Source of the DNA: Bacteroidales bacterium
Lineage (GTDB): Bacteria; Bacteroidota; Bacteroidia; Bacteroidales; WCHB1-69
Assembly: GCA_045598025.1 (NCBI GenBank)
Contig: JAZLLH010000060.1
Span: 10,553-74,552, forward strand
DNA length: 64,000 nucleotides
Reading direction: 5' to 3'
Shown: positions 61,557 to 64,000 of the stretch, in pieces
How the letters are laid out: each line of letters starts with the position of its first letter
Position numbering within the stretch: the stretch's first letter is position 1
The notes under the pieces: generated by a model
The model's database searches: none
The model's input: the letters and a program-made list of their open reading frames with translations, nothing else
What the model was told of the DNA's origin: nothing
Position numbers and translations under genes: made by a program

Positions 61557-62359
61557 TGAAACAGACTCAAATCGGATGCCTTCCCTTCTTTTGTTCTCTC
61601 TTGGGACTGATTATTCTGGGTCCTTGGGGATCCTTTGCCGGATTCCTTGTGGGAAGTCTGTTCAGCATGAAGACGCCTGCTCGCCGGATCAGCGAGCAGG
61701 TGCTGTACAACATCTGCGCCCTGTTCGCTGCCGTAATGAAGGCAGATCGGCACATCATGCAATCCGAACTTTACTCCTACCGGGACTTCTTCCTGAAACG
61801 CTTTGGGCAGGAAGCGGCATCCAAAGCCATAGATTTTCTGAAAGAATTAAAAGACAAAAACATAAATATTGCCGAACACGCGGCCAAGCTGAACCTGAAA
61901 CTCAATTACACCGAACGACTGGAAATATTGCGCTATCTATTTCAGTTGTCTTATGCCGACGGAGACATCGGCAGCGGGGAACTGGACCTCATCCGACAAA
62001 TTTCATCCTATTTCCAGATCCGGCAATCGGATTTCAATTACATCTACAATGCCTATTTCTATAGCCAGCAGAATTACCAATACGGCTGGTATCAGTACGG
62101 AAACAATCAGTACGGAAACAATCAATACGGAAACAGCTACCGCCCTTCCCAGAATCTGGAAGCGGACTACGCCATACTGGGTGTAAGGAGCAGCGATTCG
62201 GACGAGACCATCAAAAAGGCCTACCGGCGAATGGCCATAGACAATCACCCGGACAAGGTGGCCCATTTGGGCGAGGCTGCCCGCAAGGAAGCGGAGACCC
62301 GCTTTGCCCAGATCAACGAAGCCTATCAACGCATCAAAAAAGCCCGAAATATTTCATAA
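61556..62359 (+). CDS. DjlA-like co-chaperone: TM segment + TerB-like domain + Q/N/Y/G-rich linker + C-terminal J domain
   Basis: 267 aa with an N-terminal hydrophobic segment ([29 protein letters not shown]). A TerB-like block follows ([24 protein letters not shown]...[19 protein letters not shown]). The J domain is DYAILGV...[13 protein letters not shown] (HPD motif). Its ATG overlaps the trkH TGA (TGATG). Confidence 0.75.
   Translation: MKQTQIGCLPFFCSLLGLIILGPWGSFAGFLVGSLFSMKTPARRISEQVLYNICALFAAVMKADRHIMQSELYSYRDFFLKRFGQEAASKAIDFLKELKDKNINIAEHAAKLNLKLNYTERLEILRYLFQLSYADGDIGSGELDLIRQISSYFQIRQSDFNYIYNAYFYSQQNYQYGWYQYGNNQYGNNQYGNSYRPSQNLEADYAILGVRSSDSDETIKKAYRRMAIDNHPDKVAHLGEAARKEAETRFAQINEAYQRIKKARNIS
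62093..62137 (+). repeat. Tandem 15-bp repeat (CAGTACGGAAACAAT) x3, third copy diverged
   Basis: Copies lie at 62093-62107, 62108-62122 (identical) and 62123-62137 (3 mismatches). They encode [15 protein letters not shown] within the DjlA-like linker. Confidence 0.85.
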
Positions 62360-62381
62360 GAAACTCAGAACAACGATACAT

Positions 62382-62999
62382 ATGTTTACAGGAATTGTAG
62401 AAAAAACAGGAAAAGTAGTCGACATCATTCAGGACAAAACCAATGTGGATTTTGTGATTGAAGTGGACTTCATTGACGAACTGAAAATTGACCAGAGCAT
62501 GGCCCACGACGGCTGCTGTCTTACCGTAGTCCGCATTGACAGGGAGAAAAAACAGTACGTGGTCACTGCCATGACGGAAACTTTGCAGAAAACCAACCTA
62601 GGCAGCTGGCATATCGGCTACGAGGTCAATCTGGAAAGAAGCATGCGACTCGACGGCCGTTTCGACGGGCACATTGTCCAAGGTCATGTAGACCAGACCG
62701 CTGTCTGCACCAAAGTGGTGGACGAAAACGGCAGTTGGCGCTACTATTTCCGCTACGAACCCAAAGCCGGATTTCTCACCGTGCCCAAAGGTTCCATCTG
62801 TGTAAACGGTGTCAGCCTGACGGTAGTGGATTCGGAAAAAGGCGAATTTTCGGTAGCCATCATCCCTTATACCCACAAGGTTACCAATTTTCACAACCTG
62901 CACGAGGGCAGCATCATCAACATCGAATTCGATATATTGGGAAAATATTTCGCCCGGCTGATGGACGAATACCTCCGACAAAATGAAATAACCAAATAA
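62382..62999 (+). CDS. ribE: Riboflavin synthase alpha chain
   Basis: ORF 62304-62999. The likely start is ATG 62382 (MFTGIVEKTGKV, the canonical start). It shows the duplicated lumazine-binding barrel pattern (GCCLTV, ICVNGVSLTV). Confidence 0.9.
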   Translation: MFTGIVEKTGKVVDIIQDKTNVDFVIEVDFIDELKIDQSMAHDGCCLTVVRIDREKKQYVVTAMTETLQKTNLGSWHIGYEVNLERSMRLDGRFDGHIVQGHVDQTAVCTKVVDENGSWRYYFRYEPKAGFLTVPKGSICVNGVSLTVVDSEKGEFSVAIIPYTHKVTNFHNLHEGSIINIEFDILGKYFARLMDEYLRQNEITK

Positions 63000-63011
63000 T
63001 CAAATAAAAAC

Positions 63012-63584
63012 ATGACAAACATCGTTTTATTCGGCCCTCCGGGAAGCGGTAAGGGCACCCAATCCAAACGCCTGTTGGAAAAATATCATTTAGAATACAT
63101 CTCTACAGGAGACGTCATCCGTGAACAGATTGCCAAAGGTACCGAGCTCGGCATGAAAGTCAAGAGCCTCTCCGAACAGGGCATTCTGGCTCCGGACGAA
63201 CTCGTTATCCAATTACTGGAATCCAAAATGAACGAGGCTCCGGATGCCAAAGGTTTCCTTTTTGACGGTTTTCCGCGCACCAACGCCCAAGCCGAAGCCC
63301 TGGATCAGCTTTTGGCCAAAAGGCATTCCGAAGTCCGTACCATGGTGGCACTTGACGTGCCGCAGAACGAACTGCTGCAACGCCTGCTGAAACGCGCCCA
63401 GATCGAAGGCCGCAAAGACGATACGGAAGAGGTGATTCTGAAGCGTTTCCGTGAATATGAAGCCAAAACGATGCCGGTCATCGAATTTTACAAGAAGCAG
63501 GGAAAATACCACCGCATCGATGGAGTGGGCAGCATGGATGAAATTTTCGGACGTATCACCCAAGTCATAGACAGCATACTGTAA
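63012..63584 (+). CDS. adk: Adenylate kinase
   Basis: 190 aa with GPPGSGKGTQ (P-loop), YISTGDVIR and FDGFPRT. Confidence 0.95.
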   Translation: MTNIVLFGPPGSGKGTQSKRLLEKYHLEYISTGDVIREQIAKGTELGMKVKSLSEQGILAPDELVIQLLESKMNEAPDAKGFLFDGFPRTNAQAEALDQLLAKRHSEVRTMVALDVPQNELLQRLLKRAQIEGRKDDTEEVILKRFREYEAKTMPVIEFYKKQGKYHRIDGVGSMDEIFGRITQVIDSIL

Positions 63585-63587
63585 ATC

Positions 63588-64000
63588 ATGGAAAACGACT
63601 GCATTTGTGCCATCTCGACTCCGCCCGGGAAAGGGGCTCTGAGCGTTATACGTCTTTCCGGAAAGGGATGCCACGAAGCCTTGTCGTCCGTCTTTGTACG
63701 GAATAACAACCGTAAAGATTTCCCCGTCGGCCGGGTGTGCTACGGGGAAATCCGCAGCGGGGACCGTTGCCTGGACGAAGCGGTTGTATGGACATACCGG
63801 GCCCCCCACTCTTTTACCGGGGAAGACATGGTGGAAATTTCCTGCCATGGATCAACCTACATACAGCAGCAAATCATTGAGCTGCTTTTATCCCACGGCT
63901 GCCGCATGGCCGAAGCTGGGGAATTTACCCGAAGAGCCTTTTTGAACGGAAAAATGGACCTTTCGCAGGCCGAAGCGGTGGCCGATCTCATTGCTTCCGA
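63588..64000 (+). CDS. mnmE: tRNA modification GTPase MnmE; partial (N-terminal 137 codons)
   Basis: Not in the ORF track because it runs off the window. My translation from ATG 63588 gives MENDCICAISTPPGKGALSVIRLSGKGCHEALSSVF...APHSFTGEDMVEISCHGSTYIQQQIIELLLSHGCRMAEAGEFTRRAFLNGKMDLSQAEAVADLIAS, which matches the MnmE N-terminal domain. Confidence 0.9.
   Translation, partial: MENDCICAISTPPGKGALSVIRLSGKGCHEALSSVFVRNNNRKDFPVGRVCYGEIRSGDRCLDEAVVWTYRAPHSFTGEDMVEISCHGSTYIQQQIIELLLSHGCRMAEAGEFTRRAFLNGKMDLSQAEAVADLIAS

Noticed and set aside
1-64000. Search by eye for CRISPR arrays, tRNA/rRNA genes, IS elements, integrases, phage genes, toxin-antitoxin pairs and defence islands
   Set aside because: None was found. 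There are no regularly spaced repeats, no cloverleaf-like sequences in gaps longer than 60 nt, and no transposase, integrase or reverse transcriptase-like ORFs. A tRNAscan/Infernal/defence-finder run would be needed to be certain.

Overview
This is a dense, mostly housekeeping 64-kb chromosomal segment of about 50% GC. I assign it to a Bacteroidales-like member of Bacteroidota. That assignment is an inference from about 20 start-proximal matches to the Bacteroidetes -7 promoter box TAnnTTTG (usually TACTTTTGC), five proteins ending in type IX secretion (T9SS) C-terminal sorting domains, a TonB-dependent receptor and an ExbB-ExbD-TonB set. No database search was possible. I call 60 CDS. Two are partial at the window edges and missing from the ORF track because they run off the window. 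I also call 7 hairpin terminators, about 20 candidate promoters and a few short repeats. Recognisable genes are rplU-rpmA, galE, rbfA, hpt, two tandem acyl-CoA ligases, comF, trxA, tsaB, glnS, nadD, folC, exbB-exbD-tonB, a phosphofructokinase, cutC, ruvC, serA-serC, recX, trkA-trkH, ribE, adk and mnmE. Secreted peptidases, lipoproteins and glycosyltransferases are interspersed among them. By eye I found no rRNA, tRNA, CRISPR array, transposase, integrase, phage gene or recognisable defence gene, and no compositional island beyond AT-rich intergenic spacers. The window therefore reads as core genome, and I cannot point to a clear-cut new system. The least understood modules worth follow-up are: (i) a signal-peptide-bearing nitroreductase-fold protein co-transcribed with a 736-aa beta-helix protein of unknown function; (ii) a translationally coupled truncated OYE flavoenzyme with a terminal Cys cluster plus an SDR; (iii) a trkA-trkH operon extended by a DjlA-like TerB/J-domain membrane protein; (iv) a T9SS serine protease abutting a GT-A glycosyltransferase; and (v) two unusually large spacers carrying orphan small ORFs bounded by terminators. 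Many very long ORFs in the track (up to 464 aa) are antisense shadows of real genes and were rejected.
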